A stretch of 64,000 bases of DNA from Candidatus Poribacteria bacterium (GCA_965222225.1 CBDCTK010000002.1:3136001-3200000); one strand, 5' to 3'. Shown: positions 38,157 through 48,644, counted from the stretch's first letter. Notes: generated by a model from the letters alone, not told the origin. A program made the numbers and translations.

Positions 38157-40010
38157 TTGAAGAAGGTTTGGCTATTTGGGATAATTACATTTTGCCTGAT
38201 GACGCTAGAAGCAAACGGGCAAATCAAGTGGGACCCCGCGAAATTTATGCCGCTCTCTGAGGTTAAACCCGGCATGATGGGGGAAGCCTACACCGTATTC
38301 TCCGGCACAACGGTAGAGAAATTCAACTTTGAAGTCGTTAGCATTGAATACAATTTCGCGCCGCAGTGGCATGTGATATGGGTAAAGGGAAGTGGAGAGA
38401 ATTATGAACGAACCGGTGCTGCTGGTGGAATGAGTGGTAGTCCCGGATACATCAACGGACGGCTTATGGGTGCGTTGTCCCTCGGCTACTTCAACCAGCG
38501 CGAGTATGCAAACATTGTAGGGTTCACGCCCATTGAATCCATGATTGACGTTACTCATCGAGGAATGACGCCGAAGCTTAGTTATCGAGGCGGCAGGTTG
38601 TTTAACTTTGGGGCTAATATTGTAGGGGAAGGAATTGACATGCTCCCGTTTCCTACTAAAGGTTCCGCAAATGACATCGGCTTGACTGGGGCTCCCTCCG
38701 CTTTTTCCGATGTAGCCGTGAACACGGCCCGTCTTGAGGTTCCAGTAGCTGTTTCAGCGATGAGTCACCAAACGATGGCGTTTCTAGCGCCATTTCTTGC
38801 GAAATACCGGCTTCAGCCACTACAAGCGATGGGAGGCGGTCCGCCCGTTAAGGACGCCCCCATCGAACCGGGCCAGATTATCGGCACTGAATTCGCGCGT
38901 GGCGATTTTTCGATGTTCGGCTACGGAACGATGACATATATCGAAAACAACCAAGTGATTGGATTTGGGCATAGCGCATTCGGAGAGGGCAATGTTAATC
39001 TTCCGGTCTCTGGGGGTTACGTACATTTCATTTTACCGAGCATTGCGAGATCCTTCAAAGTAGCTGGTCCAACGAAACCAATCGGTACAATGGTTCAGGA
39101 CAGACAAACTGCAATTGCAGGTGTTCTCGGATCTTCGCCCAGCTATATTCCAGTTCAAGCCAATATAGAAACCACTGATGGACGGACATACCCGATGCAA
39201 TTTGATGTCATGCGTCATCAGGGATTTTCGTCACTGGTTGCCATGTTAGGTGCGTTAAATCTTCTGGACTCCGTTGAAATGAGCACGGGAGACCATACTA
39301 TCAATATAAACTCGGCGATTACGCTTAAAGATCAACCGAACTTGGTTTCCCGGGAGATCGTGCACGAAAACGTCTATTCCTCTAGTTTTTCCCCAGGATT
39401 TGCGGTGTTTCAAGCACTTTCGCCACTATCAAACCTGATTGGAAATACTTACGCTAAGGTTTCTGTTGAGCAGGTAGTATTGAATCTGAAACTAGAAGAC
39501 AAACGCAAAACCGCAGTCATTGAAGCACTTAGAATTAATAAAGATCGCTATCGTCCCGGCGAGGCCATTGAAGTTAAAACTACGCTGCGTCCATATTTGG
39601 AAGCGCCCATACTTCAGATTGGGCACATCACGATTCCGGACGACGCTCCCGAAGGATTAACAACTCTTCTCGCCACGAGCGCCACCTCTTATGAAAGTTT
39701 TCAGCGGGCTCGGGCACCCATGAATTATCGTCCGACGGACATCAACCAACTAATCAAACTTTTGCAACGTGGCGAAAGCAATAGTGATGTAATCCTCGAA
39801 CTCTTCACAACGGAGCGTGGAATGACAGTGCAAGGTCAAGAATTCTCAAACCTTCCGTTATCGGTAATGTCGGTAATGAATACAGCCACACAGATTGGCG
39901 AGGGCGGAGATACACTTGGAACCACCATTCAGGTTGCAAATCTTTCAACAACGTATGTCATTTCCGGCAGTAGATTTGTAAGATTCGCCATCGACCACAA
40001 TGCACCGTAA
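38157..40010 (+). CDS. Secreted SpoIVB/peptidase S55 domain protein
   Basis: Signal peptide; MPLSEVKPGM.G.AYTVF.G, GMSGSPGYI.GRL.GA, TPIE.M, GTMTY...FGH and QDR..AI.G. Confidence 0.85.
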   Translation: MKKVWLFGIITFCLMTLEANGQIKWDPAKFMPLSEVKPGMMGEAYTVFSGTTVEKFNFEVVSIEYNFAPQWHVIWVKGSGENYERTGAAGGMSGSPGYINGRLMGALSLGYFNQREYANIVGFTPIESMIDVTHRGMTPKLSYRGGRLFNFGANIVGEGIDMLPFPTKGSANDIGLTGAPSAFSDVAVNTARLEVPVAVSAMSHQTMAFLAPFLAKYRLQPLQAMGGGPPVKDAPIEPGQIIGTEFARGDFSMFGYGTMTYIENNQVIGFGHSAFGEGNVNLPVSGGYVHFILPSIARSFKVAGPTKPIGTMVQDRQTAIAGVLGSSPSYIPVQANIETTDGRTYPMQFDVMRHQGFSSLVAMLGALNLLDSVEMSTGDHTININSAITLKDQPNLVSREIVHENVYSSSFSPGFAVFQALSPLSNLIGNTYAKVSVEQVVLNLKLEDKRKTAVIEALRINKDRYRPGEAIEVKTTLRPYLEAPILQIGHITIPDDAPEGLTTLLATSATSYESFQRARAPMNYRPTDINQLIKLLQRGESNSDVILELFTTERGMTVQGQEFSNLPLSVMSVMNTATQIGEGGDTLGTTIQVANLSTTYVISGSRFVRFAIDHNAP

Positions 40011-40081
40011 CTATGAAAAATGCGGCATACCATCTCTTTCTCCGTCTAACCCTTACTACATGAAATGCAGATCCGATAAGC

Positions 40082-42202
40082 ATGATTTCCCAACATGGAT
40101 TTAAAGGAGGCCCTTTCCTGACGTCTTTTCGTTTGAGTTCGGCTATTCTTGTACTCTGCCTTATTGGTATCACTCCGTTGTCGGCAGTAACTACATCAAT
40201 CTGGGAGCAAAACAGCCAGAAGGACTTTGAAGCCGGCACTCTCAAAGATGTATCGGTTACAAGCAAAGGCGACATTCTGTTAGCGCGGAAAATCGACCAA
40301 TTTGCGGAGATACAAGAAGAAATTTACGTTTGGTGCCTTGCTGAAGATTCAAAAGGTAATGTCTATGCCGGAACGGGAAATCAGGGCAAAATATACCGAA
40401 TCACTCCGGACGGTCAGTCGTCACTCTTCTACGATTCTCCCGAAGTCTCAATTCTAAGTCTAACTATAGACGCAAACGATAATGTCTATGCCGGCACGGG
40501 ACCGGATGGGTTGATTTACAAGATTACCGGCGAGAATGTCCCGCCGACAACAATACTGAGCTCCGAAGAGAAGTATGTATGGGCGTTGACATTCGACGAT
40601 AGCGGCAATCTCTACGCTGCCACCGGCACTGCCGGAAAAATCTACAAGATTGCGTCGACCGGTGAAGCCACGGTTCTCTTTGATTCGGAAGAAACCAATA
40701 TCAGGAGTTTGCTTTACCACGGAAATTCGCTGTACGCTGGAAGCGGCGGCAAAGGGATAATTTACCATATTTCCACTGATGGTGAAGCTGCCGTTGTACA
40801 TCAAACCGCGGAGAAAGAGGTCTCTGTGCTCATAGCGGGCATGGACGACAATATTTATGCCGCAACGATTACATCAGCGCCGCCGCAACCCGGTAGCCAG
40901 AGTCGCCCATCGCCTCCACCGCCATCGGGAGGTGGTCCTCCTGAGGAAAAGACGTCTTACATATACCAGATCCAGAAAGATGGTGTTGTCTCGAGAATCT
41001 GGGTTTCCCCTGCGCCACTCATACTATCGATGGTTTTCGAGAGTGACAATCAGTTGCTGATTGGGACGGGTGATGAAGGAAAAATCTATAGGGTTGATAT
41101 TGACGGAGATTTCATTTCGTTGGGAAAATGCGAGGCTAGCCAGATTCTAGCGATGCACCGTGTAGCGAGTACGGACAAACTGCTATTAGGAACGGGAAAC
41201 TCCGCTAAGATTTACGCATTGACAACCGAATATAAAGCGGAGGGCACTATTGAGTCCAAACCGCACAACACTCAAGCCATATCTCGGTGGGGCAAATTGC
41301 GGTGGGAGGCGGCACTGGAAGAGGGAACATCTATCACTTTCGCGACACGTTCCGGCAACACCAAGAAGCCCGACAACACGTGGAGCGACTGGTCAGATGA
41401 ATTGACCATCCCGGAAGGCAATCAGATTGCAAGTCCTTCAGCGCAGTGTATCCAATGGCGTGCGAAACTTACCGCGAGTGATTCGTCGCTAACTCCTATC
41501 CTCGACAAAGTTGTTCTCGCTTCCGCGCAAGCCAACATTGAGCCTCGATTTACAGAGATTGAAATTCAACACGGAGACGAATCAAAGGAACCCGGAGCGC
41601 CGCCCAGCCCACGTTCCCGTGAAATCGGACCGCCAAAGAGTTCGGGAAACCAGTCGAAGCAGTGGACTGTCCAATGGAAGGTAGAGGACTTGAATAAAGA
41701 TACGCTGCAATTTACCATTTACTACAAGGGGATTGATGAGGAGAACTGGAAACTTTTGAAGAAAGAACTGACAACTACCAGCTACAACTGGGATACAACG
41801 TCAATGCCCGATGGACGCTATGTCATCAAAATTGATGCAACGGACAAATTCAGCAATCCCCCGGCTTGGGCAAAATCCTCGGAGAAGATAAGTAAGCCAT
41901 TTGACATTGACAATACCCAACCAACAATGGGAGATGTCGTAGCTACTGCGAATGAAGACGGAACATACAAAATAACCTGTACCACCGAGGACGAATCCAG
42001 TCATATACAGAAGGCAGTGTATAAAATTGATGGCGACGAACACTGGAAGATAATCTTTCCCGAGGACGGCATCTTCGATTCTAAAAAGGAGACGTTGCTG
42101 CTCCAAACAAGATCTCTTCCGGCAGGAACGCACACAATCACAATTCAAGTGACTGACGCAGCGGAAAACGTAGCGGTTGACAGTACAAACTTCGCGAATT
42201 GA
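40082..42202 (+). CDS. Secreted beta-propeller protein with Pro/Ser linkers and C-terminal beta-sandwich domains
   Basis: Signal peptide; repeated D..GN(V/L)YA(G/A)TG..GKIY(R/K)I blades; TRSGNT..PD.TWS.W, PDGRY and DNT.P. Confidence 0.8.
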   Translation: MISQHGFKGGPFLTSFRLSSAILVLCLIGITPLSAVTTSIWEQNSQKDFEAGTLKDVSVTSKGDILLARKIDQFAEIQEEIYVWCLAEDSKGNVYAGTGNQGKIYRITPDGQSSLFYDSPEVSILSLTIDANDNVYAGTGPDGLIYKITGENVPPTTILSSEEKYVWALTFDDSGNLYAATGTAGKIYKIASTGEATVLFDSEETNIRSLLYHGNSLYAGSGGKGIIYHISTDGEAAVVHQTAEKEVSVLIAGMDDNIYAATITSAPPQPGSQSRPSPPPPSGGGPPEEKTSYIYQIQKDGVVSRIWVSPAPLILSMVFESDNQLLIGTGDEGKIYRVDIDGDFISLGKCEASQILAMHRVASTDKLLLGTGNSAKIYALTTEYKAEGTIESKPHNTQAISRWGKLRWEAALEEGTSITFATRSGNTKKPDNTWSDWSDELTIPEGNQIASPSAQCIQWRAKLTASDSSLTPILDKVVLASAQANIEPRFTEIEIQHGDESKEPGAPPSPRSREIGPPKSSGNQSKQWTVQWKVEDLNKDTLQFTIYYKGIDEENWKLLKKELTTTSYNWDTTSMPDGRYVIKIDATDKFSNPPAWAKSSEKISKPFDIDNTQPTMGDVVATANEDGTYKITCTTEDESSHIQKAVYKIDGDEHWKIIFPEDGIFDSKKETLLLQTRSLPAGTHTITIQVTDAAENVAVDSTNFAN

Positions 42203-42377
42203 TTACCGTCCGGAATGAAAGTCAGTTCGCAAGAATTCAGTTGGATTTCAAAATCTCCCACCTTTGACCTTCATCCGCGCCATTCATAAAGTCTAACCTT
42301 TCGCGGAACATGTTGGCGCCAAATCCTATGTAACAAAGAATAACGGTCATTGTGTAATGCTAGCAGATTGTTAGGAA

Positions 42378-43748
42378 TCAGGAGTCGCGCCCGGAGCGCT
42401 CGCCTGTAATCCGCTGGATAGCGTTATACACGATTCTAAGGAGTCGGTCGAGTTCAGCAATGGTGATTTGTAAGGGCGGAATCAAGACAATGACATTGAC
42501 GAGCGGTCGCAACATCGCACCATTTTTTAATGCTTCTTGGCACACCCGCATGCCCACCTTTTCTGCTGCCGGATACTCCTCTTTGGTAACTCTGTCTTTC
42601 ACTAACTCTATACCTGCCGCCAATCCACAGACCCGCACATCCCCAACGTGGTCGAGGGCATAGAATTCCTGGAGCTGTTTTTTGAAGTGTTCAATCGTGG
42701 GTTGAATCTGGTCAATTAGATTTGTTTCCTCGAAGAGATTGATGTTTGCCAATGCGGCAGCACACGCCAACTGATTGCCTGTGAAAGTGTGCCCATGAAA
42801 AAAGGTCTTGAAATCCCTGTAATCTCCGAGGAATGCATTGAAAACTTCATCAGTTGTTAGGGTTGCAGCCAACGGAAGATATCCGGCTGTCAGTCCCTTG
42901 GCAGTGCATAAAAAATCCGGTACAACCTCCTCGTGTTCACATGCCCACATCCTTCCCGTACGTCCGAAACCTGTCATCACCTCATCCAAGATGAGAAGTG
43001 TGTCATACTTCTGCGCGAGTGCCGCTGCACCTTTCAGAAATCCTTTCGGCGAAACAATCATGCCGCCCGCTCCTTGGATAAGAGGCTCTAGAATAACCGC
43101 GGCGATTTCGCCCGCGCGCGTTTGTAGAACTTTTTCCATCTCACGCAAACAATAGTCCCTTACTGCGTCGGAATCTTGTCCAGCGACCGACCGATAAACA
43201 TAAGGCGTGGGCACTGTCTTGGTTTCAAAGAGAAGCCCATCAAATGTCTTGTGGAATAGGTCGATTCCGCCTACGCTCATTGCGCCTACAGTATCGCCGT
43301 GATAGGCTGCATCGAGATGTAAATACACCTCCCGACGCGACTCTCCCTTCTGCCGCCAATATTGATATGCCATCTTCAAAGCGACTTCGACCGATGTGGC
43401 GCCATCATCGGAATAAAAAACCCTGTCCAGCCCGCGTGGTGTAATCTCTACCAGTCTTTTCGCGAGTTGAATCGCCGGAACGTTAGCGTACCCCAATAGG
43501 GTAGAGTGTGCAATCTTGTTGAGTTGTGCCGTGACGGCATCATTGATTTCTTTCCGGTTATGGCCGTGAATGTTTGTCCACATTGAGGCAACCCCATCAA
43601 TGTACGGATTGCCTTCGGTATCGATTAGGTAAATCCCTTCCCCCTGTTCAATGATAACCGGGACTTCCTCCATCCAATCCTTCATTTGCGTGAACGGGTG
43701 CCAAAGGTACTTTCTGTCCCAGTCAGCGAGTATTTTCTTGTCCAACAT
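42378..43748 (-). CDS. bioA: Adenosylmethionine-8-amino-7-oxononanoate aminotransferase
   Basis: LWHPFTQM, SVEVALKMA, YHGDTVGAMSVG, EPLIQGAGGM, DEVMTGFGRTG, AKGLTAGYLPL and FFHGHTFTGN. Confidence 0.95.
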   Translation of the reverse strand: MLDKKILADWDRKYLWHPFTQMKDWMEEVPVIIEQGEGIYLIDTEGNPYIDGVASMWTNIHGHNRKEINDAVTAQLNKIAHSTLLGYANVPAIQLAKRLVEITPRGLDRVFYSDDGATSVEVALKMAYQYWRQKGESRREVYLHLDAAYHGDTVGAMSVGGIDLFHKTFDGLLFETKTVPTPYVYRSVAGQDSDAVRDYCLREMEKVLQTRAGEIAAVILEPLIQGAGGMIVSPKGFLKGAAALAQKYDTLLILDEVMTGFGRTGRMWACEHEEVVPDFLCTAKGLTAGYLPLAATLTTDEVFNAFLGDYRDFKTFFHGHTFTGNQLACAAALANINLFEETNLIDQIQPTIEHFKKQLQEFYALDHVGDVRVCGLAAGIELVKDRVTKEEYPAAEKVGMRVCQEALKNGAMLRPLVNVIVLIPPLQITIAELDRLLRIVYNAIQRITGERSGRDS

Positions 43749-43900
43749 ACGGATTCATGTAAGGTAACGAAATAAGCCCAAATGAAAATGCGGAATCCAG
43801 AGCGTGTCTCCAGATTCCGCATTGTAGGAAAGGGAAGAAATATTATGGCGAACCGCCAACGCGCTCGTACCGAGCCATCGGGCATAGTGATTTGTATATG

Positions 43901-45139
43901 CTATCCTTTTAATTTGGCGTAGTGCACCGGTTGATCAATCACAAGATTAGCAGCTTTTCCGGTTTTCGGCACGATTATCTCAAGCACCTTATCGCGCAGA
44001 TCCGCACGATAATCGCCCGGTCTCCCTTCAACGTTGAAGGTATTTCTGAAACCGTTGGGAAATGAACTTGCACGCCCTAGAACTTGAGAAAATCGTGGGT
44101 CTTCTAATTTAGCTTCGACGGTTAGCGTGTCATTTTGCAAGTCAATTTGGTATGTGTAATCGGGCATCCGATCGGGGAGATCGAACTGCTTCTTATACAC
44201 CGAGTCAGGCACCCAACGTGGAAATTCGATTTCGATCTGGTAGTAATCCGATGTTTCTTGAATATGATTTACCATTCCGTAACGACGATACCGCTCCCTC
44301 AAATCGTCTGAGTAGATTGGACCATCCGTCAGAACTGCTCCCGGCACACTTGAACGCGGTGCGCTTGGCTGTGAAATAATGGCAGATTTAAGTGCTGAAA
44401 GAAGCATTTGTGCAAGAAACGACGGCACCCAACCGTAAAATGCGGCTCGGTATCGTGAATTCTCATCGCTTTCTGTTGAAATCAAATCGTCCTTGAAGCG
44501 ATAAAGGCCTTCAACCACCGCAAACACAACCCCAATCAAGATGAAAAAGTTCCCCTCAGTCGTAAAAAGACTAATACCTCGTCCTTTGACGGCAAATAGG
44601 AAAAGTAGAACCGGATAAAGTGTCAAATTAATCAAGCAGTTGATTCCGGTCGAAACTGCAGCGCTAAATATCCGCGGATTGTCAACCATCTCCTCCAGTT
44701 CACTCTTGAACTTCGCGGAAAATGCACCCAACACCGGTTGCGTAAGCGTTACGAACAGACGTAGCGCCGGGCGAATTGAGGAGTCCGGCAAATCGGGCAG
44801 TTGGACAAACTCTTCCGGAATACCCTGTCTTTTCTCTGTTTTCTGTCCGTCTCCACCGGCGCCTCCGGCGGCGTCACCGCCAGCATCGGGTTTAACGAAA
44901 GTCTCAAAAAATTTCTCGTTTAACTCAACATAAGAATTCCATTCTGCTGGAACCTCGTCACGCATGAAAATTGCGTTGACAGGGCAAGCTGGCTCGCATG
45001 CGGCACAATCAATGCACTCATCCGGGTTGATGTAGAGTTGGTTTTCGCCATCGACAGTATGAATGCAATCAACGGGACAAACATCAACACAAGCTGTGTC
45101 TTTGACATCAACGCAGGGTTCGCAAATCACATACGCCAT
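43901..45139 (-). CDS. Fusion of an N-terminal dicluster (FdxA/7Fe-type) ferredoxin, membrane helices and a C-terminal Hsp20/alpha-crystallin-like domain
   Basis: YVICEPCVDVKDTACVDVCPVDCI...INPDECIDCAACEPACPVNAI; Gly/Ala linker; two or three hydrophobic segments; YQIEIEFP...LQNDTLTVEA...FRNTF...LRDKVLEIIVPK. Confidence 0.75.
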   Translation of the reverse strand: MAYVICEPCVDVKDTACVDVCPVDCIHTVDGENQLYINPDECIDCAACEPACPVNAIFMRDEVPAEWNSYVELNEKFFETFVKPDAGGDAAGGAGGDGQKTEKRQGIPEEFVQLPDLPDSSIRPALRLFVTLTQPVLGAFSAKFKSELEEMVDNPRIFSAAVSTGINCLINLTLYPVLLFLFAVKGRGISLFTTEGNFFILIGVVFAVVEGLYRFKDDLISTESDENSRYRAAFYGWVPSFLAQMLLSALKSAIISQPSAPRSSVPGAVLTDGPIYSDDLRERYRRYGMVNHIQETSDYYQIEIEFPRWVPDSVYKKQFDLPDRMPDYTYQIDLQNDTLTVEAKLEDPRFSQVLGRASSFPNGFRNTFNVEGRPGDYRADLRDKVLEIIVPKTGKAANLVIDQPVHYAKLKG

Positions 45140-45194
45140 TTTCCGCTTCTCCTAGCTAAACGCACCTGGTTTTCAACTGTTGATTATGGGAACA

Positions 45195-45223
45195 ATTATA
45201 CCATGGCCAGCCTGTTGTCGCAA
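45195..45223 (-). promoter_or_regulatory. Sigma70-type promoter for the ferredoxin fusion gene
   Basis: TTGCGA-17 nt-TATAAT with extended -10 TG. Confidence 0.6.
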
Positions 45224-45581
45224 GAATTTATGGTTACTTGTGCGTGCCTTATATTCCTAATCTTGCAATCCTTTTATGAATTACTACAATTCAGGAAAAT
45301 TAATTGGGACCGCTCCGTTGTACCCCGATCAATGGTTATTATAATCCAATTGAAATAGAAAAGTAATTATGGTATTTTGGGGACTCAGATGATATAATTC
45401 GGGCAATTGTGGCATTGTGACTATAATTGTGTAGTCTTTCCATTGCATGAACTCCATTACATGAACTGCGAGATTCACGTTCGCGAAATCCTTTTTGATT
45501 TTTGAAACGCGTGTCCTTCACAAGCGTTGAGAGTTGTAGCAACAGGGTCTGAAGTGCTCGGGGCAAAGGAGGACACGAATT

Positions 45582-46193
45582 TTGGTGCACCGGATGATTG
45601 ACGACCCCTCAGCTCAGGAAGATACGGACCTAGCCAAGCTTACAAAGAATCATGATGAGGCTGCATTTCGTGCTCTTTTTGATAAGCATTACAACTGGGT
45701 TCATAGCAAGACTTACCGTATGCTGGGTAACCACCAAGACAGTGAAGAGGTTAGTCTAGATATATTTGTCAAAGTATGGCAAAAGATCGAAAAGTGGGAC
45801 ACCAATCAGGGGAGTTTTCAATCATGGTTAAACGTTGTTGCGAAGAATACTATTATTGACGCAATACGGAAGAAAGAAAGGATTCGTGAATCACTTCTAA
45901 ACATGGAGGACGAAGCTGACGTGCCACTTAGCGAATACGAAGACAGTAAACCAACTCCTGACAAGCAACTTGAATCCCAAGAAGTTCAGGAAATTGTGGA
46001 ACAGGCTCTCCTACAGGTGACAAAGCCGAATCACCGGCTTGCTTGGATTCTACGTCATATAGAAGGATGCAGCATCGCCGAGATTTCACACATTCTTCAG
46101 CGTAAAGAGGGTACGGTGAAGATTTGGATTTTTCGCTGTGCAGGTGAGCTCCGTCAAATTTTAAATAGAAAAGGGATCCAGTTGATTTACTGA
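45582..46193 (+). CDS. ECF sigma factor
   Basis: D.AAF..LF, DSEEV....FVKVW, FQSWL..VAKN..ID..RK; region 4 EG.SIAEIS..L...EGTVK..I.R. Confidence 0.92.
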   Translation: MVHRMIDDPSAQEDTDLAKLTKNHDEAAFRALFDKHYNWVHSKTYRMLGNHQDSEEVSLDIFVKVWQKIEKWDTNQGSFQSWLNVVAKNTIIDAIRKKERIRESLLNMEDEADVPLSEYEDSKPTPDKQLESQEVQEIVEQALLQVTKPNHRLAWILRHIEGCSIAEISHILQRKEGTVKIWIFRCAGELRQILNRKGIQLIY

Positions 46194-47326
46194 TGGGAGG
46201 AAATAGGTTAATGAGTTTTTGGATAAGATTTAAGCCAAACCATGGACACAGTGATGAGGTCCAGCAGGCAGAAATGTTGGATGTTTACACGCGTTGGCTT
46301 AAGGGCGAGAAGTTGTCACGTAAGCACAAACACGTGTTAAAAGCGTGTCAAGAATCGGCAGAACTAAAATCCTTGAGGGAATTAGTTGATTTCACGCATT
46401 ATCAGTTCCAGGAGACTGACAATATTGAACCTCGCCCGGGTGCAAAAGAACGAATTTCGAACGCGGTAATGAGAAGCGTTAGTCGACTATCACCGGAGTC
46501 CGATTCATGGAGCGTGGATGACATCGCTTTAGAACCGGTGTATAGCCCTGAACAAGTTGGGAGCGAGAGTGAGCTCGCTTACTCTCCAACTCCGGATGCT
46601 TCGCCTATTCTTTCTGGCGCAGACACTTCTCTTGATGAAACAATTGTTGTGGAGCCGGAAAGCATCGATGCAAACCATCTTCCTTCACCCACGTTTAGAA
46701 ACCGCAGCCTAAAGTTAAAAGTTATTCAGGGTGACCAGGTGGGAAGTGAATTTAATCTTGTTTTCGCACAAATGACGGTTGGACGGGGAGCCGATTCAAC
46801 CATCCATTTGAAGAACAATGCTAGCGCCTCACGTGAGCATGCCCTGTTGAGCATCGAAAACGAGGAACTGTATATTACCGACCTCAACAGTAGAAACGGT
46901 ACATTCGTCGACGAGCAGCGAATCTCAAGCCCAACGCCGATATATCTTGCCTCCCAAATAACCATTGGCGATCAGGTGCTTCAGGTCACTGAACTGCGAC
47001 GAGAAGACGGTGCATTCCACGTCACCTTTAAGGCGGTAGCCGGCGCAGATATCGGACAGCCCTCCTATACGGTAAACGTTCGGGAGATGACTATAGGACG
47101 CGGCACAACAACGAGCCTTCGTCTCTCCGACTCGACAGGAAGGCTCTCGCGACGCCACGCCGGATTCGAACTGACGAACGGGCAATTACATCTCAGGGAC
47201 TTGGGCAGCACAAATGGAACCTATGTCGATGGAATCCGGATAGAAGCACCCACAAGAATAAATGTAGGGACCGTCATTAAGCTAGGCGGCATCATCTCCG
47301 AAGTAATAGCCATCGAACACTCATAA
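46193..47326 (+). CDS. Soluble protein with an anti-sigma-like N-terminus, acidic linker and two FHA domains
   Basis: TGATG coupling to the sigma gene (alternative ATG at 46211); FHA1 VGRG...SREHA...DLNSRNGT; FHA2 IGRG...SRRHA...DLGSTNGT. Confidence 0.85.
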   Translation: MGGNRLMSFWIRFKPNHGHSDEVQQAEMLDVYTRWLKGEKLSRKHKHVLKACQESAELKSLRELVDFTHYQFQETDNIEPRPGAKERISNAVMRSVSRLSPESDSWSVDDIALEPVYSPEQVGSESELAYSPTPDASPILSGADTSLDETIVVEPESIDANHLPSPTFRNRSLKLKVIQGDQVGSEFNLVFAQMTVGRGADSTIHLKNNASASREHALLSIENEELYITDLNSRNGTFVDEQRISSPTPIYLASQITIGDQVLQVTELRREDGAFHVTFKAVAGADIGQPSYTVNVREMTIGRGTTTSLRLSDSTGRLSRRHAGFELTNGQLHLRDLGSTNGTYVDGIRIEAPTRINVGTVIKLGGIISEVIAIEHS

Positions 47327-47372
47327 ACCGAAGTACCTTATACGCAAGCTGGGCCGCTTGTTTTTTTATATT

Positions 47373-47420
47373 CCCGACTGTTTCCACCATCTTGATAAAA
47401 CGGTGAACAGTCGGGTTTTT
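47373..47420 (+). terminator. Probable intrinsic terminator after the sigma-FHA operon
   Basis: Stem CCCGACTGTT/AACAGTCGGG with an inner CACC/GGTG pairing, followed by TTTTT. Confidence 0.7.
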
Positions 47421-47516
47421 ATTATTCTATTTTAAGCGCTTTACGTGTCTGAGGCGTCTAATCGAGAGAGGTGAATCCTACCCCAATTTTGCACTCAAAT
47501 TTTTCTAAGAACGCCA

Positions 47517-48644
47517 ATGAATCGGACACAAGTCGCAGGGACGCACTTCAATCGCGCTACGGACTGTTTTCAACGTGGTCGCTACGGTCAAGCTATCCGG
47601 CACTACCGGAATGGACTGGAGGTTGACGCCAGCCGCGCTGAGATATACGCCGACTTGTCCAAATCGTACGAAATGGTGGGGCGGTGGGATGATGCTCTGG
47701 ACTGTTTGGAAGATGCGTTGAAATTGCGACCGGACTATTCAATCGCCTTGCGGCGCAGGGAGCGCATCCAAGAAGAAAAACAGGTTTATGAAGCGTTAAT
47801 CCGCGAGTGCAATCTAAATTCGGAACCGCCCGGCGACTTTCTAGTCGAGTACACAGGCACCGGTTCTTGTCCGATAATTAGGCGCGAACGTTTCATTCTT
47901 GAGTGTGACGACACAATCCCGTTGAAAGCGTCGTGGTTCTTATGCCAACTTATTGAGCAGACCTCCCATGAAATAGGCGAACTCCTCCAATGTTACCCTC
48001 CACGAGAAGTTTCGATCGTGCTTGAAGATTTTGAACTTCATGATGAAGCGGAGATTCAAAAACATATCCCTGCTAATTCCACCTTCTCCTTTTCAGGCGT
48101 TTCCGACTACGGGGGTCACATCCGACTCACCATCAGCGTTTATGAAGAGCCTAATCTTGGGCTGTTGCTGGCATTGATTCGCCATGAGTGGGTCCATCTG
48201 CTTGTGGATTTACTGACATACCGGCAGTGTCCCGTGTGGTTCAACGAAGGACTCGCTCAGATTCTCGCTCGACCTCTCATGAAGTTTGAGAGAACGCGAT
48301 TGCAGCAGACATACCATAAACGTCAGTTCTTACGGGTTGATGAACTTCAACAGCAATTTGGCAACATGTCGCCGGATCGGCGAAAGTTAGCTTACCTGCA
48401 ATCAACTGGGTTCATGGAGTATTTGATTCATCAAAACGGTTTTGCCCGAATTTGCGATTTCCTTCGTTGCATCGGTAATGATGTCACGACTGAAGTTGCG
48501 TTTCAACAAATTTTTGGTGGAACAGATGAGGCAATCATGGACCTGTGGAAAGAGGTGATTGACCGTGGCGAAACTCGACATCGCAATCATTGTGCTCGTG
48601 ACCTTGGGCGGCGTCAAGTGTTTCCGCGCTGGCTTTACGCGTAG
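47517..48644 (+). CDS. TPR-repeat protein with a peptidase MA (gluzincin-like) domain
   Basis: N-terminal TPRs (A...Y...LE.D and AL..L..AL.L.P); HEWVH...PVWFNEGLA...AY.QS. Confidence 0.85.
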   Translation: MNRTQVAGTHFNRATDCFQRGRYGQAIRHYRNGLEVDASRAEIYADLSKSYEMVGRWDDALDCLEDALKLRPDYSIALRRRERIQEEKQVYEALIRECNLNSEPPGDFLVEYTGTGSCPIIRRERFILECDDTIPLKASWFLCQLIEQTSHEIGELLQCYPPREVSIVLEDFELHDEAEIQKHIPANSTFSFSGVSDYGGHIRLTISVYEEPNLGLLLALIRHEWVHLLVDLLTYRQCPVWFNEGLAQILARPLMKFERTRLQQTYHKRQFLRVDELQQQFGNMSPDRRKLAYLQSTGFMEYLIHQNGFARICDFLRCIGNDVTTEVAFQQIFGGTDEAIMDLWKEVIDRGETRHRNHCARDLGRRQVFPRWLYA

